A stretch of 64,000 bases of DNA from an uncultured Candidatus Saccharibacteria bacterium (GTDB taxonomy: Bacteria; Patescibacteriota; Minisyncoccia; Phycocordibacterales; PALSA-1337). The notes beneath the pieces are model-generated. The model saw nothing but the letters and a program-made list of their open reading frames with translations, had not been told where the DNA came from and searched no databases. Location: contig CAZGUZ010000001.1 of assembly GCA_964529025.1 (NCBI GenBank), forward strand, positions 6,163 to 70,162, written 5' to 3'. Both the position numbers and the translations under genes were made by a program. Of the stretch, positions 27,477 to 38,875 are shown in pieces. Every line of letters begins with the position of its first letter. The first letter of the stretch is position 1.

Positions 27477-30400
27477 CTAGAGATATGCTTCGTCAGATAC
27501 TTGCTTTGGCTTTACAGCTTCAACAATTTTCTGCTTTGGACTTCCAGCAAAACCAGAACCAGCTGGAATAAGGCGGCCGATAATAACGTTTTCCATAAGA
27601 CCACGTAGATCATCGCTTGAACCCTTAATTGCAGAACTAATGAGCACTCGAGTTGTATGCTGGAATGAAGCTGCTGACAAGAAGCTCTTTCGAGACAATG
27701 AAACTTCGGTAATTCCCATCACAACGTTGTTTGTCTTTGCTGCTTCTCCGCCCTTTTCTCGAGCAAGAGCATTTGCTTCGCTCAATTGTGAATCACTCAC
27801 AATTTCACCTTCAGCAAATTCTGTACTGCCTGGGTTAACAACCTTTCGGCGTGAGAACATTTGTTTTACGATAATTTCAATATGCTTTCGAGCCACAGTT
27901 TCACCCTGAAGTTCGTAAATCTTACTTACTTCACTAATAACATAGTCCTTTGCTCGAACTTCTCCTGCATATTCAAACACTTCATCAATGTCTGCAGAAC
28001 CATCGGTAATAATGTCGCCCTTTGTAACCTTATCGCCAACCTTAACAAGAGGAACTCGCTTATAGTGGAACGAGAATTCAACTTCGTGAGTTTTCTTTGA
28101 ACCCTTCGCACGATCTTCAAGCTCAGGCACGATAGTAATAATCTTTTCTTTGCCCATGTCTTTAACTTCAGACACGATACCTGAAACCGACGCAACAACT
28201 GCTGGATTCTTTGGTCGGCGCTTTTCAAAGATTTCTTCTACTCGTGGAAGACCCATAGTAATGTCTCCGCCTTCTGAAGCCACACCTCCGGCGTGGAATG
28301 TACGCATAGTAAGCTGTGTACCCGGTTCACCAATTGCTTGTGCAGCAACTGTTCCCACGGCTTCTCCTAGGTCAACCTGCTTGTTGCGACCCATGTCTGT
28401 TCCGTAACACTTAACACAGACACCTGAAGCACTTTTACATGCAAGTGGAGAGAATACTCCAACCTCAGAAACACCAGCTTCTTCTACCTTAAGAGCATCT
28501 GCTTTAGAAAGAATATGTCCTTTCTTAAAGAGAACTGTTCCTGAAGCATCAGCAATATCCTGAGCAATAACTCGACCTCGAATAGTTTTTGAAAGTGGAA
28601 TTGCAATTCCTGAAGCTGTTTGCTTGCGAATTGTAACGAATTCTTTTGTTCCACAATCTTCTTCGGTAACCATAACGTCTTGAGCAACAACGAAGAGCTT
28701 ACGTGTAAGGTAACCTGCTTTAGCTGTGTTCAAAGCTGTGTCGGTAAGACCCTTTCGAGAACCGTGAGTTGTAATGAAGTACTCAATTGGTGTAAGACCT
28801 TCTTTTGTACATGAGATAATTGGGTGTTCAATTGTAGCACCTGAAGTACTTGCAATAAGACCCTTCATACCAATCATCTGAGTAATCTGAGCAAGAGAAC
28901 CTCGAGCTCCAGATGTAACCATGTCGTACACTGAACCCAACTTATCAAGTGAGTTTGGAATAAGCTTTTCTACATCAGACTTTGCCTTCTGCCAGATTTC
29001 AATATTTTTGCGAAGTCGCTCTTCTTCGGTAAGAAGACCTTCATTGAACTGACCTTGCACAACATCTGCTTTATCTTTAGCCTCTGTAATTACTGCAGCC
29101 TTTCCTTCAGGCACAGTAATATCATCAATTGCCCATGTTGTTCCAGACTTTGTAGTGAACTTAAATCCGAATGACTTAATCTTGTCGAGAACCATTGTTG
29201 CATATGTCGTATCGTATCGGATCAAAAGATCGTCAATGATAGCTGTCATGCGCTTTCGATCAATTTCTTTATTGATGAAAGGATAGTCATCAGGAAGAAC
29301 CTGGTTAAAGAGGATGCGTCCTACTGTTGTCTCAAAAATCTTTCCACCAAATTCAGCAAATTTTGGAGAATCAGTTGGGAGCACCTTTATCTTTGCGCGG
29401 AATCCAATACCACCGAAGTCGCGAGCAATTACTGCAGCATCTGGTGATTCAAATACTTGTCCTTCACCCTTATCACCATCAACAACCTTAGTAATCCAGA
29501 AACAACCAAGAACAATATCAAGAAGCTTTGCAGCAACTGTAGGATCTCCGTTACCTGGTTTCAAAACGTTTCGGTTTGAAGCCATGATTTCTCGAGCCTC
29601 AGCTTGAGCCTCAGGAGAAAGTGGAACGTGAACTGCCATTTGGTCTCCGTCGAAGTCAGCGTTGAAAGCTGTACATACGAGTGGGTGAACCTGAATAGCG
29701 TTTCCTTCGATAAGAACTGGGCGGAAAGCCTGAATACCGAGTCGGTGAAGTGTAGGAGCACGGTTCAAAAGAACGTACTTATCCTTAATCACATCTTCGA
29801 GAATTGCCCACACATCAGCAATACCTTCGTCGATAAGACGGTTAGCAGCACGAATGTTGAATGCCAATTCTTTTTTGAGCAAACCAGAAATTACGAATGG
29901 GCGGAAAAGCTCGAGTGCCATATGCTTTGGCAAACCACACTGATCGAGTGCGAGTTCTGGACCCACAACAATTACTGAACGTCCTGAGTAGTCAACACGC
30001 TTTCCAAGAAGGTTTTGTCGGAACAAGCCTCGCTTACTCTTAAGGTTATCTGAGAGTGACTTAAGAGCTCGCTTAGAAGCAGGGCTTCCAGCTTGGTATG
30101 AATTTGTTGAGTGTCGAATTGAGTTATCAAGCAATGCATCAACAGCTTCCTGAAGAATACGCTTTTCGTTTCGCAAAATAACGTCTGGAGCGTGGATCTC
30201 TTTAAGCTTAAGAAGACGATTGTTTCGGTTAATAACACGTCGATACAAATCGTTAACGTCAGCAGTAGCGTAGCGACCACCATCAAGAGGCACCATTGGT
30301 CGAATAGCTGGAGGAATTATTGGAATTCGTGTAAGGAACATCCATTCTGGACGAGACTTTGCTTTGATGAATGAACGAACAACTGAAAGTCGTCGTGTAA

Positions 30401-31163
30401 GCTTTTCAGCATCAAGAGCACTTGCCTGTTCAAGCTCAGCAACAATTTCTGTTTCAAGCTTTGAAAGATCAGTATTCTTAAGAATGTTGTAGATAGCTTC
30501 TGCACCAATACCCACTTCGAAAAGTGTACCGTATTTCATTGAGAACTTATGGTACTGAACTTCATCAAGAACAAGTCCTGGTCGTAGGCTTTCAATGTCT
30601 CGACGAGCACCCATAAGAAGCTCCTTGAGCATTTCTTGTGTCTTTTCGTCTTGAGCTGCTTTTACCTTACTCTTGAATTCTGAATCCAAGTCTTTAAGGA
30701 ACTGAGCGCGCTCTTCATCATTAACCTTAGTTACAATGTAACCTGCAAAGTAAACAACCTTTTCAACTTCAGATGCTGGCAATCCCATCACCAAACTAAT
30801 TCGTGATGGCATTGATCGAAGAAACCAAATGTGAGCAACTGGTGAAGCAAGGTTAATGTGTCCCATTCGATCACGTCGAACAATTGATCGAGTAAGTTCT
30901 ACTCCACACTTTTCACAGACAATTCCCTTATAGCGAATTCCCTTGTACTTTCCACAGTAACATTCCCAATCGCGGTCTGGACCGAAAATCTTTTCATCAA
31001 AAAGACCTCCCTTTTCTGAACGCTGTGTTCGGTAGTTAACTGTTTCTGGTCGTTCAACTTCTCCGAAAGACCATTCAAGAATTTTCTCTGGTGAAGCAAC
31101 GGTGAGCACTACTTCATCAAAATCCTGTGGCTCTACTCCTTTTTTATTAGTGTTATATGACAT
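27477..31163 (-). CDS. rpoC: RNA polymerase beta' subunit
   Basis: [30 protein letters not shown]; ATG start at 31163 (GTG at 31187 is an alternative). Confidence 0.98.
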   Translation of the reverse strand: MSYNTNKKGVEPQDFDEVVLTVASPEKILEWSFGEVERPETVNYRTQRSEKGGLFDEKIFGPDRDWECYCGKYKGIRYKGIVCEKCGVELTRSIVRRDRMGHINLASPVAHIWFLRSMPSRISLVMGLPASEVEKVVYFAGYIVTKVNDEERAQFLKDLDSEFKSKVKAAQDEKTQEMLKELLMGARRDIESLRPGLVLDEVQYHKFSMKYGTLFEVGIGAEAIYNILKNTDLSKLETEIVAELEQASALDAEKLTRRLSVVRSFIKAKSRPEWMFLTRIPIIPPAIRPMVPLDGGRYATADVNDLYRRVINRNNRLLKLKEIHAPDVILRNEKRILQEAVDALLDNSIRHSTNSYQAGSPASKRALKSLSDNLKSKRGLFRQNLLGKRVDYSGRSVIVVGPELALDQCGLPKHMALELFRPFVISGLLKKELAFNIRAANRLIDEGIADVWAILEDVIKDKYVLLNRAPTLHRLGIQAFRPVLIEGNAIQVHPLVCTAFNADFDGDQMAVHVPLSPEAQAEAREIMASNRNVLKPGNGDPTVAAKLLDIVLGCFWITKVVDGDKGEGQVFESPDAAVIARDFGGIGFRAKIKVLPTDSPKFAEFGGKIFETTVGRILFNQVLPDDYPFINKEIDRKRMTAIIDDLLIRYDTTYATMVLDKIKSFGFKFTTKSGTTWAIDDITVPEGKAAVITEAKDKADVVQGQFNEGLLTEEERLRKNIEIWQKAKSDVEKLIPNSLDKLGSVYDMVTSGARGSLAQITQMIGMKGLIASTSGATIEHPIISCTKEGLTPIEYFITTHGSRKGLTDTALNTAKAGYLTRKLFVVAQDVMVTEEDCGTKEFVTIRKQTASGIAIPLSKTIRGRVIAQDIADASGTVLFKKGHILSKADALKVEEAGVSEVGVFSPLACKSASGVCVKCYGTDMGRNKQVDLGEAVGTVAAQAIGEPGTQLTMRTFHAGGVASEGGDITMGLPRVEEIFEKRRPKNPAVVASVSGIVSEVKDMGKEKIITIVPELEDRAKGSKKTHEVEFSFHYKRVPLVKVGDKVTKGDIITDGSADIDEVFEYAGEVRAKDYVISEVSKIYELQGETVARKHIEIIVKQMFSRRKVVNPGSTEFAEGEIVSDSQLSEANALAREKGGEAAKTNNVVMGITEVSLSRKSFLSAASFQHTTRVLISSAIKGSSDDLRGLMENVIIGRLIPAGSGFAGSPKQKIVEAVKPKQVSDEAYL

Positions 31164-31176
31164 ATATGTTGAGTTA

Positions 31177-34100
31177 TTACTCTTCATGTGAACTTACACC
31201 AGGGTTCTTCTTGCGGAGTTCTACATCGAGTGCAAGACCGCGGAGTGTCTTAAGAAGCACATTGAATGACGCTGGAATATTTGGCTGCTTAAGTGGTTCA
31301 CCCTTAACGATAGAGTCAAATGCTTGTGTTCGTCCGACAATGTCGTCTGACTTAATGGTAAGCATTTCGCGGAGCGTATGTGCTGCTCCATGACCCAAGA
31401 GTGCCCACACTTCCATTTCTCCAAATCGCTGACCTCCTCCTTGCGCCTTTCCTCCGAGTGGCTGCTGAGTAATGAGAGAGTAAGGACCGATAGAACGCAT
31501 GTGAATCTTGTCTTCAACCATGTGGTGCAATTTGAGCATGTACATGTATCCAACGGCAATTGGTTGTTCAAAGTGTTCACCTGTTCGGCCGTCGCGAAGC
31601 TTCATTTTTCCTGAAGTATCGAATCCTGCCTTTTTAAGTTCTTCTTTAATTTCAACATCTGTTGCTCCTACGAATGGAGGAACAATAGCTTGGTAGTTAA
31701 GAGTGTTTGCAGCAAGACCAAGGTGCAATTCAAGAATCTGACCAAGGTTCATACGTGAAGGCACGCCAAGTGGTGTCAAAATCATATCAACTGGAGTACC
31801 ATCTTCTGTGTATGGCATATCCTCTTCTGGAAGAATCTTTGAAATAACTCCCTTGTTACCGTGTCGTCCGGCAAGCTTGTCTCCTACTGAAACATTTCGG
31901 AGCTGTGCTACTTCAATGTAAATCTTCTTGATAATTCCTGATTCAAGTTTGTCTCCTTTCTCTCGAGAGAAAATCTTAACCGAGATCACGCGGCCACGCT
32001 GTCCGGCTTCGAGTCGCTTAGATGTATCCTTAACATCGCGAGCCTTTTCACCGAAGATTGATCTAAGAAGTCGCTCTTCTGGAGTAAGTTGAGTTTCGCC
32101 TCGTGGAGAAATCTTTCCTACAAGAATATCTCCTGGTCGAACCTCAGCACCAACTCGAATAATACCGTCTTCGGCCAAGTTCTTAAGCTTAGCCTCGCTT
32201 ACGTTTGGAATATCGCATGTAGTAACTTCGGGACCGAGCTTAGTGTCGCGAACGTTAATTACGTATTCTTCAAGGTGAATAGATGTAAACTTACTGTCCT
32301 TAACAAGGCGCTCAGAAATAATGATAGCGTCTTCGTAGTTAGAACCCGACCATGACATGAAGGCAATGCGAATATTGTGTCCGAGTGCCATTTCACCATT
32401 ATCAGATGTTGATGTATCAACAAGAACTTCGCCCTTCTTTACTTTTTGTCCAAGAGAAACAATTGGTCGCTGATGGAAAGCAGTAAAGCCGTTTGTTCGT
32501 GTAAAGTGCACGAGCTTCCACTCATGCTTTTTACCCTTCTTATCAGTAAGTTCTACATGACTAGCATCGATCGATGTGATTTCTCCATCTTCTGGAGCAA
32601 CAACAATTCGGCCTGAGTCAAGGACTGCTTTGTGTTCCATACCTGTAGCAACAAGAGGAGCTTCAGGAACGAGACAAGGAGTAGCCTGCTTCTGCATGTT
32701 TGATCCCATGAGTGCTCGGTTGGCGTCGTCATGGTTCAAGAATGGAATAAGTGATGTAGCAATAGAGAAAGCCTGATTAGTATCAACGTCGATATAATCT
32801 ACTTCTCCACTCTTACAAATACTTGGATTACCATTGATACGAACTTCTACTTCGTCAGCAGTAATTTTTCCGTTCTTATCATACTCTGTAGCCGCATGAG
32901 CAATTCGGTAGTTTTCTTCTTCGAGAGCATTCATGTATACAATTTCATCGGTAATTTTTCCGTTCTTTACCTTTGCGTATGGAGTTTCAATCATGCCGAA
33001 ATCATTGATTCGTGCATATGTTGAAAGACGAAGAATAAGACCGATGTTTGGACCTTCTGGAGTGTGGATCGGACAAAGTCGACCATAGTGAGATGTATGC
33101 ACGTCGCGAACTTCGAAACCTGCTCGCTCACGTGTAAGACCTCCGGGACCAAGAGCAGAAAGTGTTCGAAGATGCTCAATTTCTGAGAGCACGTTCTCTT
33201 GCTGCATAAACTGTGACAACTGGTTTGTCGTAAAGAATTCCTTAATACGAGCCTGAAGTGGTCGTGGGAAGACGAAGTTTACAGGCAATGTTACGTCTGT
33301 ATCAACAGTCGACATTTTGTCCTGAATATTTCGCTTCATCTGTGTCATACCAACACGAATCTTTTGCTGAAGAAGTTCTCCGGCATAACGAACTCGTCGG
33401 CGACCAAGGTGGTCAATGTCGTCTTCCATTGCATCGGGAGTATTGTTAAGAGTAACAATGTGTCCAATTGCAATGCCAACATCTTCGACAGTAAGAACTT
33501 TTTGCTCAAGAGCCTTCTCATCCATCGGCTTACCGAAACGCTTATTAAAGTGGAAACGACCTACACGAGAAAGGTCATATCGCTCAGCACTAAAGATACC
33601 TCCAAGATAGTCTCGGGCATTGTCTGCTGTAGCTAGATCACCATCACGAAGACGCTTATGAATTTCAACATAAGCTTCATCAGTTGTCTTTGCATGATCC
33701 TTAGCTAGAGTAAGTTCAATTACTTTGCGAGCATTCTCATTACCGGCAAAAAGTTTGAGAATTGCTTCATTAGTTTCAGCTCCAAGGATGCGGAGGAGCG
33801 ATGTTACAGGGAATTTTCGCTTTCGATCAATTCGAACATAAATGGTGCCATCAGCATCACTTTCAATTTCAACCCAAACACCTCGAGCAGGAATTACCTT
33901 TGCACCAAAGTATGTCTTTGCTTTGATTTCACTTGCTGTGAAGAAAATACCGAACGAACGCGCAAGCTGAGGAACGATAACTCGCTCAATACCGTTAATA
34001 ATAAAAGTTCCGTGAGATGTCATGAGTGGGAAATCGGCAAGGAAAATTTCTTGCTCTTTCTCGACACCCATAATCTTATTCTTAAGCTTTACTCGAGCCT

Positions 34101-34356
34101 TAAGCTGTCCTTCATATGACAACTTTTGTGACTTAGCAAAATGCTCATCATATTTTGGCTTTGACAATTCAAAACCTGTAAACGAAAGTTCAAACTTCTT
34201 TCCTGCATAGTCTTTAATAGGAGAGAACTCTTTAAGAGACTCTTCAAGACCCTGCTTAACGAGCCACTCAAACGACTGCACCTGTGCGTCCACGAAGTGC
34301 GGCATAGTCGTAAGAGGAGCTTTATATCGCCCGAAATACTTTTTTGTGGTTTTCAT
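31177..34356 (-). CDS. rpoB: RNA polymerase beta subunit
   Basis: TPEGPNIGL, HDDANRALMGSNMQ, GDKLAGRHGNKG, GGQRFGEMEVWAL. Confidence 0.98.
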   Translation of the reverse strand: MKTTKKYFGRYKAPLTTMPHFVDAQVQSFEWLVKQGLEESLKEFSPIKDYAGKKFELSFTGFELSKPKYDEHFAKSQKLSYEGQLKARVKLKNKIMGVEKEQEIFLADFPLMTSHGTFIINGIERVIVPQLARSFGIFFTASEIKAKTYFGAKVIPARGVWVEIESDADGTIYVRIDRKRKFPVTSLLRILGAETNEAILKLFAGNENARKVIELTLAKDHAKTTDEAYVEIHKRLRDGDLATADNARDYLGGIFSAERYDLSRVGRFHFNKRFGKPMDEKALEQKVLTVEDVGIAIGHIVTLNNTPDAMEDDIDHLGRRRVRYAGELLQQKIRVGMTQMKRNIQDKMSTVDTDVTLPVNFVFPRPLQARIKEFFTTNQLSQFMQQENVLSEIEHLRTLSALGPGGLTRERAGFEVRDVHTSHYGRLCPIHTPEGPNIGLILRLSTYARINDFGMIETPYAKVKNGKITDEIVYMNALEEENYRIAHAATEYDKNGKITADEVEVRINGNPSICKSGEVDYIDVDTNQAFSIATSLIPFLNHDDANRALMGSNMQKQATPCLVPEAPLVATGMEHKAVLDSGRIVVAPEDGEITSIDASHVELTDKKGKKHEWKLVHFTRTNGFTAFHQRPIVSLGQKVKKGEVLVDTSTSDNGEMALGHNIRIAFMSWSGSNYEDAIIISERLVKDSKFTSIHLEEYVINVRDTKLGPEVTTCDIPNVSEAKLKNLAEDGIIRVGAEVRPGDILVGKISPRGETQLTPEERLLRSIFGEKARDVKDTSKRLEAGQRGRVISVKIFSREKGDKLESGIIKKIYIEVAQLRNVSVGDKLAGRHGNKGVISKILPEEDMPYTEDGTPVDMILTPLGVPSRMNLGQILELHLGLAANTLNYQAIVPPFVGATDVEIKEELKKAGFDTSGKMKLRDGRTGEHFEQPIAVGYMYMLKLHHMVEDKIHMRSIGPYSLITQQPLGGKAQGGGQRFGEMEVWALLGHGAAHTLREMLTIKSDDIVGRTQAFDSIVKGEPLKQPNIPASFNVLLKTLRGLALDVELRKKNPGVSSHEE

Positions 34357-34570
34357 TACTGAAATAGTGCTCTACACGTTGTATTTCGTCCTCACACACA
34401 CTCGGTCACCCAAAACACCATAATAGAAAAATCCCCAGTAAGAGGGTTATGGTGTTAATCTTTATTATATTAAGGGGGTAGACACGAGTAAGGACTAAAT
34501 TTGCCTTTATAATCCTTCACTTTTTCTCGTAACTCAATCGAATGAAGTTATACCGAGCCTAGCAAACTTT

Positions 34571-35692
34571 TTAAGACTCGTCAAGTAGTTTTTCCACAAA
34601 AGCAGGTACTGCTGAGCCCGAAATGATGCGGGGCTCTGATTTGACGATAGAAAAGACGTATTCTTGTATGCCTCCAGCTTGTTGCGGTGGTATAAAGCAA
34701 TGCTTTTCACCCTTAATGCCTAGATTTGCTGGAGCTTGCTCCTTTTGATATTGAGTATCCCCTTCTATATATGTATGTTTACATACAATAGATATTCCCA
34801 AGCCTAGGCCGGTTTGTGTTTGTACAGAAAAATCTTGATCAAATACAAAGTTGCCGAGCGAATAATAAACGGGCTTACCAACAATCTCTTCTTTAATCTG
34901 AATTACATGCGGGTGATGGCCAATAACCATATCTGCCCCAAGATTAATCCACTTCTCTGCCATGGTGCGCTGAAAATTTGTTGGCTCTGTTTGATATTCT
35001 TCGCCCCAGTGCGGAGTTACGATAATAATTGCTTTCCCTTTGGTTTCTGCGTGAATTCGGGCAATTTCTTCTGCGACTTTTGCATAGCTACCTGCAAATT
35101 GATGAAAACCAATTACCGAAAGCTGCGCTCCGTTCGCTAACTGTGTACTATAGCTAATATTTCTATCATTACGAGGGTCACCATAGACAATAAGGCCTGA
35201 GCTTGAAGCAAATTGTAGTGTTTGGCGAATTCCCTCGCTACCAAAATCTAAACCGTGATTGTTTGCAATACCCACAATATCAAAACCAGCTTGCACTAAA
35301 TGTTCTGCGGACTCAGGAGGAAAAGTAAATTGTAATGCTTTATTACTATAATCAACCGTCTTTGATGGATATGTTGTTATTGGCCCTTCTAGGTTAGCAA
35401 TTGCAAGGTCAAATGAAGCTATAAAATCTGCTGTATAAGTAAAGGGGAATTTTCCACCAAAAGCGCTGTGACGATTTCGTACAGCACGATCGAGCATGAC
35501 ATCGCCCACAAAAAGAACCGTGGAAGTTGAATACGATATTGTTTGCTGAGGAATTTCATAGATGCGTAAACGGTCAGTTTGACCGCCAATAACTATCTTT
35601 GAAAGACTCGAGCCCAAACCGGCAGCTATCATAGCAAAAAATAGCCCACCAATGGCATAGTGAAATATTTTTTGTAGAGAAATTTTATTCAT
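34571..35692 (-). CDS. CapA family (poly-gamma-glutamate synthesis-like) metallophosphatase
   Basis: GDVMLDR, NLEGP, ANNH..DFG, PHWGEEY, GHHPHV, YSLGNFVFDQ. Confidence 0.9.
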   Translation of the reverse strand: MNKISLQKIFHYAIGGLFFAMIAAGLGSSLSKIVIGGQTDRLRIYEIPQQTISYSTSTVLFVGDVMLDRAVRNRHSAFGGKFPFTYTADFIASFDLAIANLEGPITTYPSKTVDYSNKALQFTFPPESAEHLVQAGFDIVGIANNHGLDFGSEGIRQTLQFASSSGLIVYGDPRNDRNISYSTQLANGAQLSVIGFHQFAGSYAKVAEEIARIHAETKGKAIIIVTPHWGEEYQTEPTNFQRTMAEKWINLGADMVIGHHPHVIQIKEEIVGKPVYYSLGNFVFDQDFSVQTQTGLGLGISIVCKHTYIEGDTQYQKEQAPANLGIKGEKHCFIPPQQAGGIQEYVFSIVKSEPRIISGSAVPAFVEKLLDES

Positions 35693-35698
35693 ACACAA

Positions 35699-36403
35699 CT
35701 ATGTTGTACGAAGCTTCTTTACTCTTTCTGCGGCGCGCCACTCATCAATGAGTTTATGATTTCCTGATAAGAGTACCTTAGGAACTCGAAGCTTTTTACC
35801 CTTCCATACTATCACCTCGGGGCGTGTGTATGCACGTGGCGATGATATTCGAGCTTCTTCTCGAGAATCAAAAGAACCAAGCACACCTTTAATTTGGCGT
35901 GCAATAGTGTCGATCGTGAGCATAGCTGGCAATTCTCCGCCAGTTACTACAAAAGGACCAACAGAAACATCTTCCATTTTAAACATGGAATGGAGTCGGG
36001 CATCAATGCCTTCATAGCGACCACACACTAATATAATATCAGTATACTTTTCTGCACTCTGAGCTGCGTATTCGGTAGTTAATTGTGTACCTTGTGGAGC
36101 AAAAAATATAATTTTAAGTCGAGACTTCTTTTTGCGTTTTATAGCTGTTACAGCTTTTGTAAGTGCTCGAGCTACAGGTTCTGCTTGCAACAGCATTCCT
36201 GGGCCACCACCATATGGCTTATCATCTAGTCGATAGTCTGAATACTTTGGCTTTTTCTTACCTTTTGCAGCTTGAGTGAAATCTCGAGGATTATAAAATT
36301 TAACAGCAATCTTTTTTGCCTCAAGGGCACGCTTTAAAATCGACTCATTGAGGTATGAGTCGAAAGATTGTGGAAACAAGCTAATTACGTGAAAAGTGAG
36401 CAT
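35699..36403 (-). CDS. trmD: tRNA (guanine37-N1)-methyltransferase
   Basis: DDKPYGGGPGM, CGRYEGIDAR, VTGGELPA, YTRP. Confidence 0.97.
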   Translation of the reverse strand: MLTFHVISLFPQSFDSYLNESILKRALEAKKIAVKFYNPRDFTQAAKGKKKPKYSDYRLDDKPYGGGPGMLLQAEPVARALTKAVTAIKRKKKSRLKIIFFAPQGTQLTTEYAAQSAEKYTDIILVCGRYEGIDARLHSMFKMEDVSVGPFVVTGGELPAMLTIDTIARQIKGVLGSFDSREEARISSPRAYTRPEVIVWKGKKLRVPKVLLSGNHKLIDEWRAAERVKKLRTT

Positions 36404-36566
36404 ATGAATTTATAAATATATTATACACTAAAAATTTAGCTCTGTACAGAACCATATTTGGGCTTACTTTCGTGCTCGAAGAACGTACTTGCTATATATC
36501 TGATTATATGGTATAAAGATTATGGAAACCCTCGCCCTCTATTGAGGAAACGAGGCATGTAACTTA

Positions 36567-37859
36567 ATGTCAAAAACAAGAAGGAGAAGCGAGTCGATGA
36601 ATGTCGATTTAACTATCAACAAGTGGGCGGGAGTTAGCAGCTTGAAGCCCACAAAGCGACAACTTGGGATACTCCATACCATGCTTACCGAGCTCATCAG
36701 TGAGCTCGTGAAATATGGACTCCCCGCCGAAGGGGGCTACTGGGTGACGCTTGATGCTGGGTCAACGGTTGGTACCAACCAGCACGAATATCGGATCCAG
36801 AAACGTGGCGGGAACGGTAATCGCCCAGGACTTGTGTTCCTACGGGTATGGCTTGAGATGGGCACGTGTTTCGCGGCGTCACTTACACTTCCGGGAAACA
36901 ACAGGCTTGCTACACTCTGCGATGCAGCTGTGCGCAAAAGCCTTGGCACTCACAATCACTTCCAGTTCACCCAAGAGGGCAAACTGGTGCGTGCTGGTGA
37001 CAGTGGCACTGAGGTTCAGCGCTCTGCAAAACCTGCAGAGCCTACTACAGAGCCTGTAGAACCTGTAGCGGCTACTGCGAGCGCACAAGAAAGTGCCGCA
37101 GTGCAACTCGAATCAAGGGTGGAGCCAACTACCCCTGAGCAAACCCAAGCTGGCACGAATACGGCTGAGGGTAGCGGGGCTGCCGAATCGGAAGATTCAG
37201 ACTCCACTGTTGGGTTGAGCAGGTTCTTTGCGGACAACTCAAACCAGGTACTAATCCTCGCACAGCTTGCCGAGCTGTGTATCAAGGACAACACCAAGGA
37301 GGTTACCTTCCCCGATTGGATCAAATCCCTCGAAGAACAGTGGGGATCGAAGTACAAGATCACCTCGGTGGGAGTCCGCCGGGCGATTGCGCGTGAGGGC
37401 CGAAGGATCGGCTGGTTCTCACGGAAGGTTGAGTTTGGAACGACCTGGTACTCAATCACACAGGTTGGGGTGAAAATCCTTTCAGCCGAGCACAGCTATC
37501 GCGATCTCGCTGATAAGTACCGGCAAATTGCCGGATATACTTCGAATGATCCGGTGGCGCCAGCGACGAACGATCCGTTGGCACAGCTGGCCAGCAAGCA
37601 CGCCGAGTATGTCACTTCCGAAAGGGAGTTGCATGAACTCAGGACCGAACTGGCCGAGTCGGTGGAAATCCTGACGAACTTGCGGGAAACCGTGAGTCGC
37701 CTCGACAGAGAGCTCCGGGCTGCTAAAGCCTTGCTGCGGGAGTCCGAGGCTGACACTGTCACCGAGGACGATGTCGCGGCGGCAGAGCGAAAGCTCGCCG
37801 AACTGCGCCCGGCAGAAGAGCAGTATCAACGAGTTGTTGCGCTACTTGCTCTTCGCTGA
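36567..37859 (+). CDS. Orphan hypothetical protein with disordered linker and C-terminal coiled coil
   Basis: 430-aa ORF, visibly more GC-rich than its neighbours, with its own promoter (TTGCTA-17-TATAAA) and terminator. Confidence 0.75.
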   Translation: MSKTRRRSESMNVDLTINKWAGVSSLKPTKRQLGILHTMLTELISELVKYGLPAEGGYWVTLDAGSTVGTNQHEYRIQKRGGNGNRPGLVFLRVWLEMGTCFAASLTLPGNNRLATLCDAAVRKSLGTHNHFQFTQEGKLVRAGDSGTEVQRSAKPAEPTTEPVEPVAATASAQESAAVQLESRVEPTTPEQTQAGTNTAEGSGAAESEDSDSTVGLSRFFADNSNQVLILAQLAELCIKDNTKEVTFPDWIKSLEEQWGSKYKITSVGVRRAIAREGRRIGWFSRKVEFGTTWYSITQVGVKILSAEHSYRDLADKYRQIAGYTSNDPVAPATNDPLAQLASKHAEYVTSERELHELRTELAESVEILTNLRETVSRLDRELRAAKALLRESEADTVTEDDVAAAERKLAELRPAEEQYQRVVALLALR

Positions 37860-37873
37860 CAAGGAAAAACAAA

Positions 37874-37907
37874 CCGCCGAGACACGAATGTCTCGGCGGC
37901 CTTTTTT
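37874..37907 (+). terminator. Terminator hairpin
   Basis: CCGCCGAGACA-CGAA-TGTCTCGGCGG followed by CCTTTTTT. Confidence 0.75.
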
Positions 37908-37951
37908 ATTGCTATTCTTTTATCCACACACACCCTTCTACTCTCTTTGTA

Positions 37952-38272
37952 TTATTCAAGCTTGAGATCAGCCATTGCTTCGTCGAGTGTTTTACTTACT
38001 CGCTCGCCTGCAACGCTTCCTGCTGGTTCGTTAATCTTAAGATTAACTCGAGAATTATTCTTCATTCCCACAACTCGCAAAAGTGTTCGAATTGCTTTTG
38101 CTGTGTTTCCTGAGCGGCCAATTACTTTACCCATATCGTCTGGATGAACTTCGAGTGTAAGAAGCACTCCCATTTCATCGACAGTTCGAACGATCTTTAC
38201 CCCTTCTGGGTTATCAACGAGTGCCTTAATAACGTAGTCTAAAAACTGTGTATCTTTCTCTGTTGTTGTCAT
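37952..38272 (-). CDS. khpA: KH-domain RNA-binding protein KhpA (YlqC)
   Basis: LVDNP..V, DMGKVIGRSGNTAKAIRTLL; located downstream of rpsP. Confidence 0.92.
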   Translation of the reverse strand: MTTTEKDTQFLDYVIKALVDNPEGVKIVRTVDEMGVLLTLEVHPDDMGKVIGRSGNTAKAIRTLLRVVGMKNNSRVNLKINEPAGSVAGERVSKTLDEAMADLKLE

Positions 38273-38398
38273 ATTTGTGAAATTAACGGAAAATTATTCG
38301 GAACACGTTGCTACAATTGTAACGTGGTAGGTTTGTGAGTCAAACAAGTTATACACACTGTGTACGTGCTTAATTGAACTCACGTGTATAGTGTAGGA

Positions 38399-38740
38399 CT
38401 AAGCCTGAACTGGAGCTGCGGCTGGAGCGGCTGCAGGAGCAGCATCACCCTCTTTCTTTTGAACTGTCTTTTTTGGAAGAGCGTTCACTTTCTTTCCTGT
38501 AAGCACCTTCTTTTCGATAAGGAAATTGTGAACCGTATCAGAGAGCTGAGCACCCTTTGCCATCCAAGCTTTGATTGCTTCTACATTGAAAGCATCAACA
38601 GCATTGTCGATACGTGAATCGTATGATCCAAGTACTTCTAAAAATCGTCCGCTTTTAGGTCCGTTCTTTGAATCTGTAAGCACCAAGCGAAACTTGGGTT
38701 CGTGCTTACGTCCTACTCGTTGCAATCTAATCTTTAACAT
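38399..38740 (-). CDS. rpsP: 30S ribosomal protein S16
   Basis: MLKIRLQRVGRK..P.FRLV, GAQLSDTV. Confidence 0.97.
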   Translation of the reverse strand: MLKIRLQRVGRKHEPKFRLVLTDSKNGPKSGRFLEVLGSYDSRIDNAVDAFNVEAIKAWMAKGAQLSDTVHNFLIEKKVLTGKKVNALPKKTVQKKEGDAAPAAAPAAAPVQA

Positions 38741-38875
38741 GGGATAGATAATAACAGAACTCTAGAAAAATGCAAGCACCTGCACCGTTTTAGCTTAAAA
38801 GTGAGCTTGGGGGTTGAAATAACAAAAGAAAACCGCCCTACTTACTCAGCAGAGCGGCTGCAAGTGATGCCTGGA

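Noticed and set aside
2487-37928. DnaA boxes (2487-2495, 20010-20018, 37920-37928) as oriC
   Set aside because: They are isolated single boxes, with no cluster, unwinding element or dnaA/dnaN nearby
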